In this document: positions 19,906-28,543 of the stretch, in pieces | Layout of the letters: every line of letters begins with the position of its first letter | Numbering within the stretch: position 1 is the first letter of the stretch | Origin: an uncultured Gammaproteobacteria bacterium | GTDB lineage: Bacteria > Patescibacteriota > Patescibacteriia > CAIXNZ01 | Length of the DNA: 64,000 nt | Reading direction: 5' to 3' | Assembly: GCA_964590345.1 (NCBI GenBank) | Contig: CAZPVP010000001.1 | Span: forward strand, 7,937-71,936 | Made by a program: the position numbers and the translations under genes | Notes under the pieces: model-generated | Database searches by the model: none | Told to the model about the DNA's origin: nothing | The model's input: only the letters and a program-made list of their open reading frames with translations

Positions 19906-20086
19906 ATTTATTAAACAATAAACGCAAATTTTTTTTGAATATCCTTAAATATAAAACATCTACAATAATATATTCTTTTGCCAAATATGCCTTTAATTGT
20001 GAAATTCCCATGGGCAAAAAAGATCTATTATTGTCTATTAGATATTTAAATCCACCATTATAAATTAAATTTATTTTATTTTTCAT
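19829..20086 (-). CDS. small hypothetical protein between radical SAM genes
   Basis: 85-aa K/N-rich ORF, no Cys/His core; sits exactly in the gap between the two rSAM genes if the downstream paralog starts at about 19827. Confidence 0.3.
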   Translation of the reverse strand: MKNKINLIYNGGFKYLIDNNRSFLPMGISQLKAYLAKEYIIVDVLYLRIFKKNLRLLFNKFEMCKYYNIKNRFSWLLFKKNKNKN

Positions 20087-20088
20087 TG

Positions 20089-21171
20089 CTAATCTAAATT
20101 ATACAATTTTTTAAAAATAGTATTATTTTTTAATTTTTTAAAATAATTGAATAATATTTTATTAAAACTATATCGTAATTTTACTTGACTAGAATAAAAT
20201 CTCATAAAATTCAGGTTGTTATCCTGACAATAGATATATAAATCTATAGGACAAAATGGGACATTATTAAGATTAATTTTATTATTTAATTGTTTGATTT
20301 TCCTTTGCAAAAAATCAGCTTTATTAATCTCAATATTATCAGTTTTATTCAATTTATATTTTTCAAATAAACTCTTGTTGAACAAGCAACTTTGGCAAAG
20401 AAAAACATTTCCGTCATAATTAATTCTATATTTTTCACAATTTAATAATCTATGATTCTCATTATTTATTAATGATTCTAAATTAGTAATCTTAATGATT
20501 TTTTTATTTTTATTATCAACAAATAAACCAAAATAATCTTGCATTAAATTTTTAAAAAACCGTAAGCATTCTTTAATTTCATGATCCGACCAAAACTTAT
20601 AATTTTCAATGCCCAAATCAACGGCTTTAAATCCCATTTTATTAAAAAATAAAATATCTTTAGTTAATGAATTAAGATTATTGGGAGAAACAACTTTTGA
20701 AATAAATATTTTGGGAAAAATTGAAAAATCATTAAAATTTTTCAAATGTTGGGTAACCTGATCAAAGACTGATTTATTATTATTTTTAAATTTACGATTT
20801 TTATCATTTGTTTCCCTCTGTCCATCCAAACTTAAAATTATATTTAGATTTTCTTGAAGTAAATAATTCAAAATTTCATTATTAAACAAAGTACCATTAG
20901 TAATTAAACTGATTTCGTAATCAAAACCGACTTCGCTTTGCTTTTCTTTTATAAAAGAAACTAATTCCTGCAATTCTTTAAAAGAAAGTAAGGGTTCTCC
21001 GCCAGTAAAAGTAATAAATAAAAAGCTATTTTTATTTAAAAAATAGCTTAAATTTTCTTTTATTTTTTTTAGATTTATCTTATTGTTTTCTTGTTTTTTT
21101 ACATAACAATAATGGCAAGCCAAGTTGCACTTTGAATTTAAATGTATATATAAACTTAATTCTTTTTCCAT
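20089..21171 (-). CDS. radical SAM enzyme (HxsC-like position), with C-terminal Cys cluster
   Basis: 360 aa; CNLACHYCYV (Cx3Cx2C); FTGGEPLL; C-terminal CEKYRINYDGNVFLCQSC. Confidence 0.65.
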   Translation of the reverse strand: MEKELSLYIHLNSKCNLACHYCYVKKQENNKINLKKIKENLSYFLNKNSFLFITFTGGEPLLSFKELQELVSFIKEKQSEVGFDYEISLITNGTLFNNEILNYLLQENLNIILSLDGQRETNDKNRKFKNNNKSVFDQVTQHLKNFNDFSIFPKIFISKVVSPNNLNSLTKDILFFNKMGFKAVDLGIENYKFWSDHEIKECLRFFKNLMQDYFGLFVDNKNKKIIKITNLESLINNENHRLLNCEKYRINYDGNVFLCQSCLFNKSLFEKYKLNKTDNIEINKADFLQRKIKQLNNKINLNNVPFCPIDLYIYCQDNNLNFMRFYSSQVKLRYSFNKILFNYFKKLKNNTIFKKLYNLD

Positions 21172-21210
21172 ACATATCTTTTTCTAATTACCCCAAAATT
21201 AATTTTTCTT

Positions 21211-22101
21211 TTATTCCTCTTTTAAATATATAATATCAGTAGCATATTGACTATCAGTAAAACCTTCATAACAACATTGATTTAATTTATATTTTTCAAT
21301 AAATTGATTAATTTTTCTTGATTCAACTGCATTTTTAATATCCTTGCATATTTCATTATTACCATTTAAGTCCAAACATACAAATCTAGTTAAATCATCT
21401 TCAATCAAAGAACAATCGCTTAAATTTTCAATTAAATATAATGATAAATTATTCTTACAACTTTGGCTTGTCAAATCTTCTAATCTTGCTTCTTTTAAAT
21501 TAATAACCTTGGAACACCTTTCTTTTTCATCCTCTGAAGTTATAGCGAAACATGTATCATCCTGTACATTATCACAATATGATTCAGCAGCATAAATACC
21601 ACTTAACCATAAATCTTCACAATCTGGAGTTTTGGGTTGAACAACTTTATTTTCTTCACATATTTCTAAAAATCTATCCTTGTCATTTTTCTTCATAAAA
21701 TTCATGGCCGCAAAAACACCGACTTTCTTTTGACAATAACGTCTATTAGTACTACCTGGAAAATGATTATTAAAAACACTATTACATTCATCTAAAATAG
21801 CATTAGTATTATTTTTAATATTACAAAAAACATACAATTCCATTAAATAATAATAAGCTGCATAAGGCAGTTCAAGATTCTTAATATCCTGTAAATATTT
21901 ATTTTTTTCTTCAGTCTCTTGACGTGCTTTTTCTTCTTCTGTCAAAGGTGGCTGATTAATATTAGTTGGTTCTTTAGGTTGGTTAATTATTACTTCTGGC
22001 TCTAACTCAGCTGGAATTTTAATAAAAAAATATACTATTATGCCAACTAAAAGTATTAATATAATAATTATTAATATTAAGACAAAGATTGTTTTTTTCA
22101 T
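21211..22101 (-). CDS. membrane-anchored Cys-rich extracytoplasmic protein
   Basis: 296 aa; N-terminal TM (IFVLILIIIILILLVGIIVYFFI), Pro/Glu-rich linker, then about 20 Cys spread over about 200 aa. Confidence 0.5.
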   Translation of the reverse strand: MKKTIFVLILIIIILILLVGIIVYFFIKIPAELEPEVIINQPKEPTNINQPPLTEEEKARQETEEKNKYLQDIKNLELPYAAYYYLMELYVFCNIKNNTNAILDECNSVFNNHFPGSTNRRYCQKKVGVFAAMNFMKKNDKDRFLEICEENKVVQPKTPDCEDLWLSGIYAAESYCDNVQDDTCFAITSEDEKERCSKVINLKEARLEDLTSQSCKNNLSLYLIENLSDCSLIEDDLTRFVCLDLNGNNEICKDIKNAVESRKINQFIEKYKLNQCCYEGFTDSQYATDIIYLKEE

Positions 22102-22119
22102 AAAATCATTTATTAAAAA

Positions 22120-22524
22120 TTAGCACAATCCGACACCACTACTATGATGTCCATGAGAGCCATGAGAGCCATGAGAGCCATGAGAGCCATGAGAGCCATG
22201 AGAACCATGTGAACAATGTGAACCAACATTACCGTCATTATGAACAAAATTATTATGGCCATGCTGTCCCGTGTTCATTGGATTATTCCCAGCCTTCGTA
22301 CAATCACCATCTCCTGCTACATTTCTACAGCCAGGAATATTATTGGTTCCGTTTGTACCTCCTGAATCACAAGCCGGGACTGCTGCTTCTGCTTCTTCAG
22401 CTAAAATCCCTAAAGCAGTCACGCCAATACCAAGCATAATAATATCTTTTTTAGTTATTTTGCCCTCTTCATCATTTAAAAATTCATTAAATTTTTTCTT
22501 TAATTTCGGTAATTTATTTTTCAT
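22120..22524 (-). CDS. His-Xaa-Ser repeat protein, candidate RiPP precursor (HxsA-like)
   Basis: 134 aa; charged N-terminus, hydrophobic segment IIMLGIGVTALGILA, Gly/Asn/Cys-rich middle, C-terminal HCS-(HGS)x6-HGHHSSGVGLC. Immediately downstream of the SPASM rSAM gene. Confidence 0.6.
   Translation of the reverse strand: MKNKLPKLKKKFNEFLNDEEGKITKKDIIMLGIGVTALGILAEEAEAAVPACDSGGTNGTNNIPGCRNVAGDGDCTKAGNNPMNTGQHGHNNFVHNDGNVGSHCSHGSHGSHGSHGSHGSHGSHGHHSSGVGLC
22136..22205. repeat. perfect 9-bp tandem repeat (CCATGAGAG)n, about 6 copies plus 2 degenerate, coding the HGS repeats
   Basis: catgagagccatgagagccatgagagccatgagagccatgagagccatgagaaccatgtgaac read directly. Confidence 0.85.
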
Positions 22525-22551
22525 AAGTATTTGATTTTATATTAATTTATT

Positions 22552-24054
22552 TTATTTTTTAAATTCTTGAGTTCTAGATTTTCTTACCCATTCAGTAAAT
22601 ATATCTTTATTTTTACGATTTTTAAGCTTTTTAAACAAATATTCCACAATTGCCTCATCTATCTTATATTTTACATTATTTTTGGCTGCAGGGAAAATAT
22701 TATTATAAACAGAATAATTATAAACCGGGCAAATTCCTAAATATGGCTGATAAACATTTTGCTCATAAGCTGGCTGGCCATTAGAGCAAGAGGCTAGACA
22801 AATTGATTTGCATAAATCATTATTAATTAATTGCTCAAGATTATTTTCATTAATATTGCCAAGCTTAAACATGTCATCACCCATTCTGGCAATCATCCTG
22901 CCTTCATCACAAGTATAAACATCGCCATTATAATTATAAGCTAGCTGGCCAATACCAGCCCCGCAGGGAGAGCGCATATCCAAATTATTATAATCCTTAT
23001 TAAATAAAATTTTTGTTAAATAAGTTATTGCTGTAGCTTCAGAAAATAATCTGCCCTTATAATTTTTTTCCAATATATAATCAAGTGATTTTTTATAAAA
23101 ATTAATATATTCTTTTGGCGTATACCAAATTTTTTCTTTTGCTTTAACAGCAAAACCATAAGGATTTAAATAACGCAAATAAATATTTTTAAAGCCCAGT
23201 TTAATATAAGCATCTATTACTTTTTTATAATTTTCAAAAGTCTTTTTTGTGATTGTAATCAATGCGCCCACTCTGTAATAATTTCTTTTTTTGCCTTTAT
23301 ATTTTTCCTTATAAGCCTGATTAATCTTTTTTATCCATTTGGCTGTCTGCTGCCAGCTATTGCCGTGCAAAAAAACACGGTTGTAATTATGAGTTTCTTC
23401 GTCGCCATCCAAAGATGTGCAGAAATTAACTTCATTATCCATTAAAAATTTCATTTTCTTTTCATCAAGCAAACTAAAATTGGAAACCAACCTGATTTGC
23501 AAATCTTTTTTTTCTAATTTATTTTTCTCCCTTGAATAATCAACAATAAATTTAACTATGGGCCAGTTTAATAATGGCTCGCCGCCCTGAAATTCAATGG
23601 CAACCGCATTATTATTGGTTTTAAAAATAGTGTCAACTATTTTCTTGGCAGTAGCCATGTCCATATCCAAACTGTTGTCTTGTGCCTCGCCAGCGCTGGC
23701 ATGGCAGTAAATGCACTTATGATTGCAGCGCAAAGTTACCACAATAATATGAAGTGACGGGCCAAATTTTAAAAAATCATTTTTTTGCCTAAAGCCCTCA
23801 ATCAATTGATTTTGATAATTTTCATCTTTAATGAACAGATTATCTTTTAATTCCTGATATGTCTTATTTTTTTTTGTTAATTTGCCGGTTATGAATTTTT
23901 TAAAATCTTTTTCATCAATAAAAACATATTTGCCAACATCATTGGTTAATAAATAAGTATTTTTATCAAACTTTTTAAAGCGGAAAAATCCGACTTTTTT
24001 GGTATCTAACTTGTTGATGGTTTTTAGGTCTAGCATATTATCGCAAATGGCCAA
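22552..24054 (-). CDS. radical SAM/SPASM-domain peptide-modifying enzyme (HxsB-like / anaerobic-sulfatase-maturase-like)
   Basis: 500 aa; about 100-aa N-terminal extension, then CNHKCIYCHA (Cx3Cx2C), FQGGEPLL, C-terminal SPASM Cys pattern (CGAGIGQLAYNYNGDVYTCDEG ... CKSICLASCSNGQPAY...GICPV). Confidence 0.7.
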   Translation of the reverse strand: MAICDNMLDLKTINKLDTKKVGFFRFKKFDKNTYLLTNDVGKYVFIDEKDFKKFITGKLTKKNKTYQELKDNLFIKDENYQNQLIEGFRQKNDFLKFGPSLHIIVVTLRCNHKCIYCHASAGEAQDNSLDMDMATAKKIVDTIFKTNNNAVAIEFQGGEPLLNWPIVKFIVDYSREKNKLEKKDLQIRLVSNFSLLDEKKMKFLMDNEVNFCTSLDGDEETHNYNRVFLHGNSWQQTAKWIKKINQAYKEKYKGKKRNYYRVGALITITKKTFENYKKVIDAYIKLGFKNIYLRYLNPYGFAVKAKEKIWYTPKEYINFYKKSLDYILEKNYKGRLFSEATAITYLTKILFNKDYNNLDMRSPCGAGIGQLAYNYNGDVYTCDEGRMIARMGDDMFKLGNINENNLEQLINNDLCKSICLASCSNGQPAYEQNVYQPYLGICPVYNYSVYNNIFPAAKNNVKYKIDEAIVEYLFKKLKNRKNKDIFTEWVRKSRTQEFKK

Positions 24055-24077
24055 TGGCTTATGGCAAATGGTTATAA

Positions 24078-24431
24078 CTAATTTAAAATTGATTTTTTAA
24101 AAGCTTTAATCTTTTTTATTAAAATTTCAGCATTTATATACATGTTATCTTTTTCTGACTCACAAATATATCCTTTTATCTTCGCGAATATTAAAATATT
24201 AATTGTTTCATAAATTGAATTAATTGCAATATTCAAATATCTGCAGAATATTTTATTTGAATCAGAACCGCTACCTTCAACAATATTATTTGCTATTGAA
24301 ATAGCTGATCGTCTTAATTGATTCGCCAAAGCGAATAATTCATAATCAGGAAATTGTTTAGCTAAGTCATAACAATTATTAGCGTAATTTATAGATAATT
24401 TCCAAATTTCTAAATCTTCAAATCTAAACAT
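24078..24431 (-). CDS. four-helix-bundle protein (23S rRNA intervening-sequence protein family)
   Basis: MFRFEDLEIWKLS...FPDYE..LANQLRRSAISIANNIVEGSG matches the TIGR02436-type signature. Confidence 0.7.
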   Translation of the reverse strand: MFRFEDLEIWKLSINYANNCYDLAKQFPDYELFALANQLRRSAISIANNIVEGSGSDSNKIFCRYLNIAINSIYETINILIFAKIKGYICESEKDNMYINAEILIKKIKAFKKSILN

Positions 24432-24456
24432 ACTATTTGCTATAGGCTATTTGCCA

Positions 24457-24657
24457 TTAGCTAAGTAAGCCAAGCACATAATTGGCAAACTCGTCATCCA
24501 AAATATCTTTCACTTCCTTGTCAATTTTATTCATTTTAACCTCTATATAACCGTTTGTTTCTTTTACTTTAAAATCAGCTAAATTTTTAAATTCTTCAAC
24601 TGCTTGTTTCACAGCTTCTATATTATATATCTTTTTATTGAATTTGATAATGTCCAT
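24457..24657 (-). CDS. small hypothetical protein
   Basis: 66-aa ORF. Confidence 0.3.
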   Translation of the reverse strand: MDIIKFNKKIYNIEAVKQAVEEFKNLADFKVKETNGYIEVKMNKIDKEVKDILDDEFANYVLGLLS

Positions 24658-24756
24658 TGTTTGTTATTTGAAATTTAAAGGTTGAAATTTACTTGTAATT
24701 TGCCTTTGCAAACCACAGTTTGCTATGGCAAACAAAGGTTTGTAATTTGATATTTG

Positions 24757-25236
24757 TTATTTTTTCTTTTTATTCTTTTTTTTGCTCTTTTTATTCTCGT
24801 CAGCCAAATTTTGTTCTTCCCAGGTCTTGGCAATGCCCAAAGGATCTTCCTGCCAATCCTCTTCTTCTACTTCTTTTAAAAGCTCGGCAACTTCATTTGG
24901 CACTGCGCTGTAAAGCGCCTGTGAAACAATATATTCTCTTATTTTGGCATTGGTTTGGCTGATTTTTTCGCGCAACAATTGATTTAAAAGTTCATTATAA
25001 AACTCGCCGGCTATTTTTTCCAGTTCTTCTTTCCTTTTTTCCTCTTTTTGCCCTTCTTTCCTTTTCATAATTACCTTAATCTCTTTTTTCGGATCACCAT
25101 CAAGAAAAACATATACTTTATCCAAAAACAAATAAGCGGCTTGGTAAATAGCTGTTAACGGATATATTTTGGTATTTATTTTAAATTCTATTTTTTTATC
25201 TCTTATTTTAAAATTAAAATCTTTATTTTGTGACAT
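24757..25236 (-). CDS. hypothetical protein with lysine-rich C-terminal tail
   Basis: 159-aa ORF. Confidence 0.35.
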   Translation of the reverse strand: MSQNKDFNFKIRDKKIEFKINTKIYPLTAIYQAAYLFLDKVYVFLDGDPKKEIKVIMKRKEGQKEEKRKEELEKIAGEFYNELLNQLLREKISQTNAKIREYIVSQALYSAVPNEVAELLKEVEEEDWQEDPLGIAKTWEEQNLADENKKSKKKNKKKK

Positions 25237-25306
25237 TATATTATCAATTATTTATTATCTATTAACTAATGCCTATTGCCCTGCCTGTCGGCAGGCAGGC
25301 TAATGC

Positions 25307-26206
25307 CTAATTTTCTTCTTTTGCCTTGCAGCAAACCATGCTCGCTTCTGTACCGTCACCATAAACATCAAGATCAAAAACAAAATATCCATCGGGGCAA
25401 CAAGATAGCTGATCACCGCCACAAGCAATTTCTGCTTGATCACTGCTTCTTTTATTGGTTTTTGCATTAGCAATATCATCAGTAATATCCCAAGTTTCTA
25501 CTGTGCAAAACTTATTACCATCTAAAGTAATAAGTTCTTCAACATTAGCTGTGCCGCCTGAAGTAATTGTAAATTGATTATCACCGCCAACAACTAATTC
25601 TGTCTCGCCTGAAAACAAATTAAAACTATCAGCCAAAACTTTGTCCACATAAATAGTATTGGGGGAAGGATTAGGAAAATTATTCATAAAAATTAAGCCC
25701 GCATCATTAACTATAAAATTTTTCTTCATGATTATTTTATCACTCTTTAATTCCAAAGCCCCAAACTTAGCTGAAATTCTAAAATCACTAAATGGACTTG
25801 TCACAGTAATAGTATTAGTCTTTAAAAAACTCTCGCCTGACAGCTGGTGGACAGCCATTTGCCTTGTTGGATTACTTTCATCAGTTGTAAAAATTCCGGC
25901 GGGATCTAAAAATATCAAATTATTGGAAACAGCGAAAAAAGCAGTGCTTTCACTACCCTCATCGCCTTTTAAAGCTTCGTGCCAGACGCTGTTAGCTGTT
26001 TCACAATCGTTTTGGTTAATATAAGAGGGATCTTCACAATAGCCGGACAAAGCATCGCCAACCAAAATATAATCGCCGTCTGTTTTTAAAGTTGAATCAA
26101 TTAAAAAACTATTATATCTTGAATCATAATTAAAACTTGCCCAAGCCACTGACGCTGAAAGCATAAAAACAGCCATAATTAAACAAATTTTGTAAATTTT
26201 GCTCAT
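25307..26206 (-). CDS. secreted hypothetical protein (paralog family A), C-terminal Cys-rich motif
   Basis: Signal peptide MSKIYKICLIMAVFMLSASVAWA; C-terminal CGGDQLSCCPDGY...MVCC. Confidence 0.45.
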   Translation of the reverse strand: MSKIYKICLIMAVFMLSASVAWASFNYDSRYNSFLIDSTLKTDGDYILVGDALSGYCEDPSYINQNDCETANSVWHEALKGDEGSESTAFFAVSNNLIFLDPAGIFTTDESNPTRQMAVHQLSGESFLKTNTITVTSPFSDFRISAKFGALELKSDKIIMKKNFIVNDAGLIFMNNFPNPSPNTIYVDKVLADSFNLFSGETELVVGGDNQFTITSGGTANVEELITLDGNKFCTVETWDITDDIANAKTNKRSSDQAEIACGGDQLSCCPDGYFVFDLDVYGDGTEASMVCCKAKEEN

Positions 26207-26260
26207 TTTTCTTAAATTAAAATCATAAAAAAGTAAAAAACATCAATTTACTAAAATCAG

Positions 26261-27136
26261 CTAAGGAATAGCGGGGCAATTTTCATTATTAAAACCATCA
26301 ACACACAAATAACAACAAATGGTCGTCGCCCCTGTCCCTTTCAAGCCATCCCAATTCCAATCAATTTCTCCGTCAAGACTCTCATATTCTTTTTGGGCAT
26401 AGAAATCCTTACCGCCATTTGCCTCACCGCATTTACCATCAATAGATCTCCAGCATAAATTCTGATTAGCTAAAGCATCATCTTCCGTACCCAAATCTAT
26501 TTCTTCAAAAGTCAAATGTGACGGCTCAAATTCAATTTCATTTTCATCTAAACTCGTTAAACTCGTTAAATATAATTTTTCTGTTTTTAAATTAGCTGGC
26601 TCAGGACAATTTTCAGTGCCGTCATTAACAAAACAACCGTCTATTCTTGTTTTTGCCACTCTCACTGGATCATTAGTGATTATTTCTTGGCCTGATGACA
26701 ATTTTATTGTTGGTGTCTCGGTTGCGGTTGCTATTATTTTTTCAACCCTTAATTCATATAAATCATAAGTCTCAGTAGTAATTGCTTTTAAACCTAAATC
26801 AGACTCCGGATACCAGATAAGCACCTTGTTTTCACAATCTGTGTTTTTAGGCAAATTTGTCTGCGGATATCTTTCATCTTTGCAAAAATAAAATTTTGAA
26901 TCTTTATCCAAAACAAATTTTTCTTCCACTAAAACATCACCGAATAAAGCATTGAGGTTTTCTGAAAAAGACTCTTCTACAATCAGATATCCATTAATAT
27001 ATAAACTGTCCAGAATAAAAAACTCATTATCTTTTTCTATAAAATAACCTTTGCCCTGAGCCAAAACAAAATCACCGATTACTAAAGTTAAAGCAATCAA
27101 ACAAAGCAAAAAGGAAATTTTATAAACTTTTGTCAT
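26261..27136 (-). CDS. secreted hypothetical protein (paralog family A)
   Basis: Signal peptide MTKVYKISFLLCLIALTLVIGDFVLA; C-terminal ICCYLCVDGFNNENC; internal 10-bp duplication coding LTSLTSL. Confidence 0.45.
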   Translation of the reverse strand: MTKVYKISFLLCLIALTLVIGDFVLAQGKGYFIEKDNEFFILDSLYINGYLIVEESFSENLNALFGDVLVEEKFVLDKDSKFYFCKDERYPQTNLPKNTDCENKVLIWYPESDLGLKAITTETYDLYELRVEKIIATATETPTIKLSSGQEIITNDPVRVAKTRIDGCFVNDGTENCPEPANLKTEKLYLTSLTSLDENEIEFEPSHLTFEEIDLGTEDDALANQNLCWRSIDGKCGEANGGKDFYAQKEYESLDGEIDWNWDGLKGTGATTICCYLCVDGFNNENCPAIP

Positions 27137-27137
27137 T

Positions 27138-27821
27138 TTATTCTATTTTGGATTTATCAATATAAATTATTCTTTGAGGATTAAAAATCGCTCCCTCACT
27201 AAATCTTAATTTAGGCAAATATAAGCTATCATCTCTGTCCGGATTATTTGTCACGAGATTAACTCTTAAAGAATTAACAAAAACACTGTCACTATCTTCT
27301 TCATCTGTAACCAGATCAGAAACCACCAAATTATTGCTTTCTGCATCAATGCCAGTACAAGTTTCAGTATTGATATCCGGGCTTGACGGACATAAAATTA
27401 ATGAATTAGTATCCAAAATAACAGGATCGCCATTTAAATCAATATTGGTTGTTTCTGAAATAAGATTAATAGAATCACCCTCAACATTATCTATCTCTAA
27501 AAAAGTATTTCCGCCTATATCACCTATAACTGCCTGGCAATTAAATTCTTGGGGATAATTAGGGCAATTAAAACCCATCAAGTGTCGTACATAAAGGTCT
27601 TTGTCCATAACTTTAATGATTCCATGCTCAACTGTCTCTGTATCATTAATACCAAACTCAGATATTTTTAAACCACTGCCTGTCTTTCTTACATTATCCC
27701 AAATTATAACTTTATTATTATCTTCAAAACTAATAAAACCGGCTGCCTGAACAAGCAAAACACTGCCAACTAATAAGATGGCTGAAAATAAACAAATTTT
27801 AAAAACCTGATTTAATTTCAT
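27138..27821 (-). CDS. secreted hypothetical protein (paralog family A)
   Basis: Signal peptide MKLNQVFKICLFSAILLVGSVLLVQA. Confidence 0.45.
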   Translation of the reverse strand: MKLNQVFKICLFSAILLVGSVLLVQAAGFISFEDNNKVIIWDNVRKTGSGLKISEFGINDTETVEHGIIKVMDKDLYVRHLMGFNCPNYPQEFNCQAVIGDIGGNTFLEIDNVEGDSINLISETTNIDLNGDPVILDTNSLILCPSSPDINTETCTGIDAESNNLVVSDLVTDEEDSDSVFVNSLRVNLVTNNPDRDDSLYLPKLRFSEGAIFNPQRIIYIDKSKIE

Positions 27822-27906
27822 AATAATATAGCAAATGGCTTATGGCGAATAACAAATAGCCAATATTTAAATTCAAATCTCAAATTTCAGATCTCAGATT
27901 TAAAAT

Positions 27907-28431
27907 TTATTCTTCCTCTTTTTTCTTCTTGCGGATCAATACCATAACCACAATTGGCGTAACCAGCCAAAAAAATCTAGCCGGATCAGAAACGAATATG
28001 TTCTTCATTGCCACAGAAAGATTATTTTCCAACATTTCATTTGGCAAATATGACATTAAAATACTTAAAATTAAACCAACATGAAAAAAACTAAAAACGA
28101 TTGACTGCCACCAAGCGCCGTCGCTGTCTTTGCTGGCAATTGTTCTTAATAATGCTCCGCGGGACAGCAAAAAAAATAAAATCACAAAAATACCGACAAA
28201 AACAGTGAATTTGAAAATTGAAGCATTATTATAACTGATTTCAGCAGAAAAATTATTTAAATAAGGCGCAGTATTCACAATGGCCAAAGCCATATAAATA
28301 CTGACCAAAATAACAATTATGCGATTACGGCCCAAAGACAAGCCATACAAAAATGCAGCCACGACAAAAAACAAGATTATAAACAAATCCCAAGTAGGTG
28401 TTGCCCAATTTAAATTAAAGAGAAAATCCAT
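27907..28431 (-). CDS. polytopic membrane protein, hypothetical
   Basis: 174 aa, 4-5 predicted TM helices. Confidence 0.4.
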   Translation of the reverse strand: MDFLFNLNWATPTWDLFIILFFVVAAFLYGLSLGRNRIIVILVSIYMALAIVNTAPYLNNFSAEISYNNASIFKFTVFVGIFVILFFLLSRGALLRTIASKDSDGAWWQSIVFSFFHVGLILSILMSYLPNEMLENNLSVAMKNIFVSDPARFFWLVTPIVVMVLIRKKKKEEE

Positions 28432-28543
28432 GCCTGTGGATATTTATTTTCTTATTCATATTATACCATAAAATCCTTTGTCAAACAAAATCCAGCTCTT
28501 CGCGACGGGCTGGATTATTATCAAAAATATTAAAATTAAAAAA

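Noticed and set aside
19829-20086. 85-aa ORF as the main RiPP precursor
   Set aside because: K/N-rich without Cys/His/Ser-repeat core; the HGS-repeat protein at 22120..22524 is a far better precursor candidate.
22136-22205. CRISPR array?
   Set aside because: Repeat unit is 9 bp with no spacers and is in-frame coding; not a CRISPR. No CRISPR arrays were seen anywhere in the window.
22209-22534. Plus-strand ORFs 22209..22439 and 22271..22534 antisense to the HGS-repeat gene
   Set aside because: Low-complexity translations of the repeat on the wrong strand; the minus-strand product has operon context and a coherent N-terminal domain.
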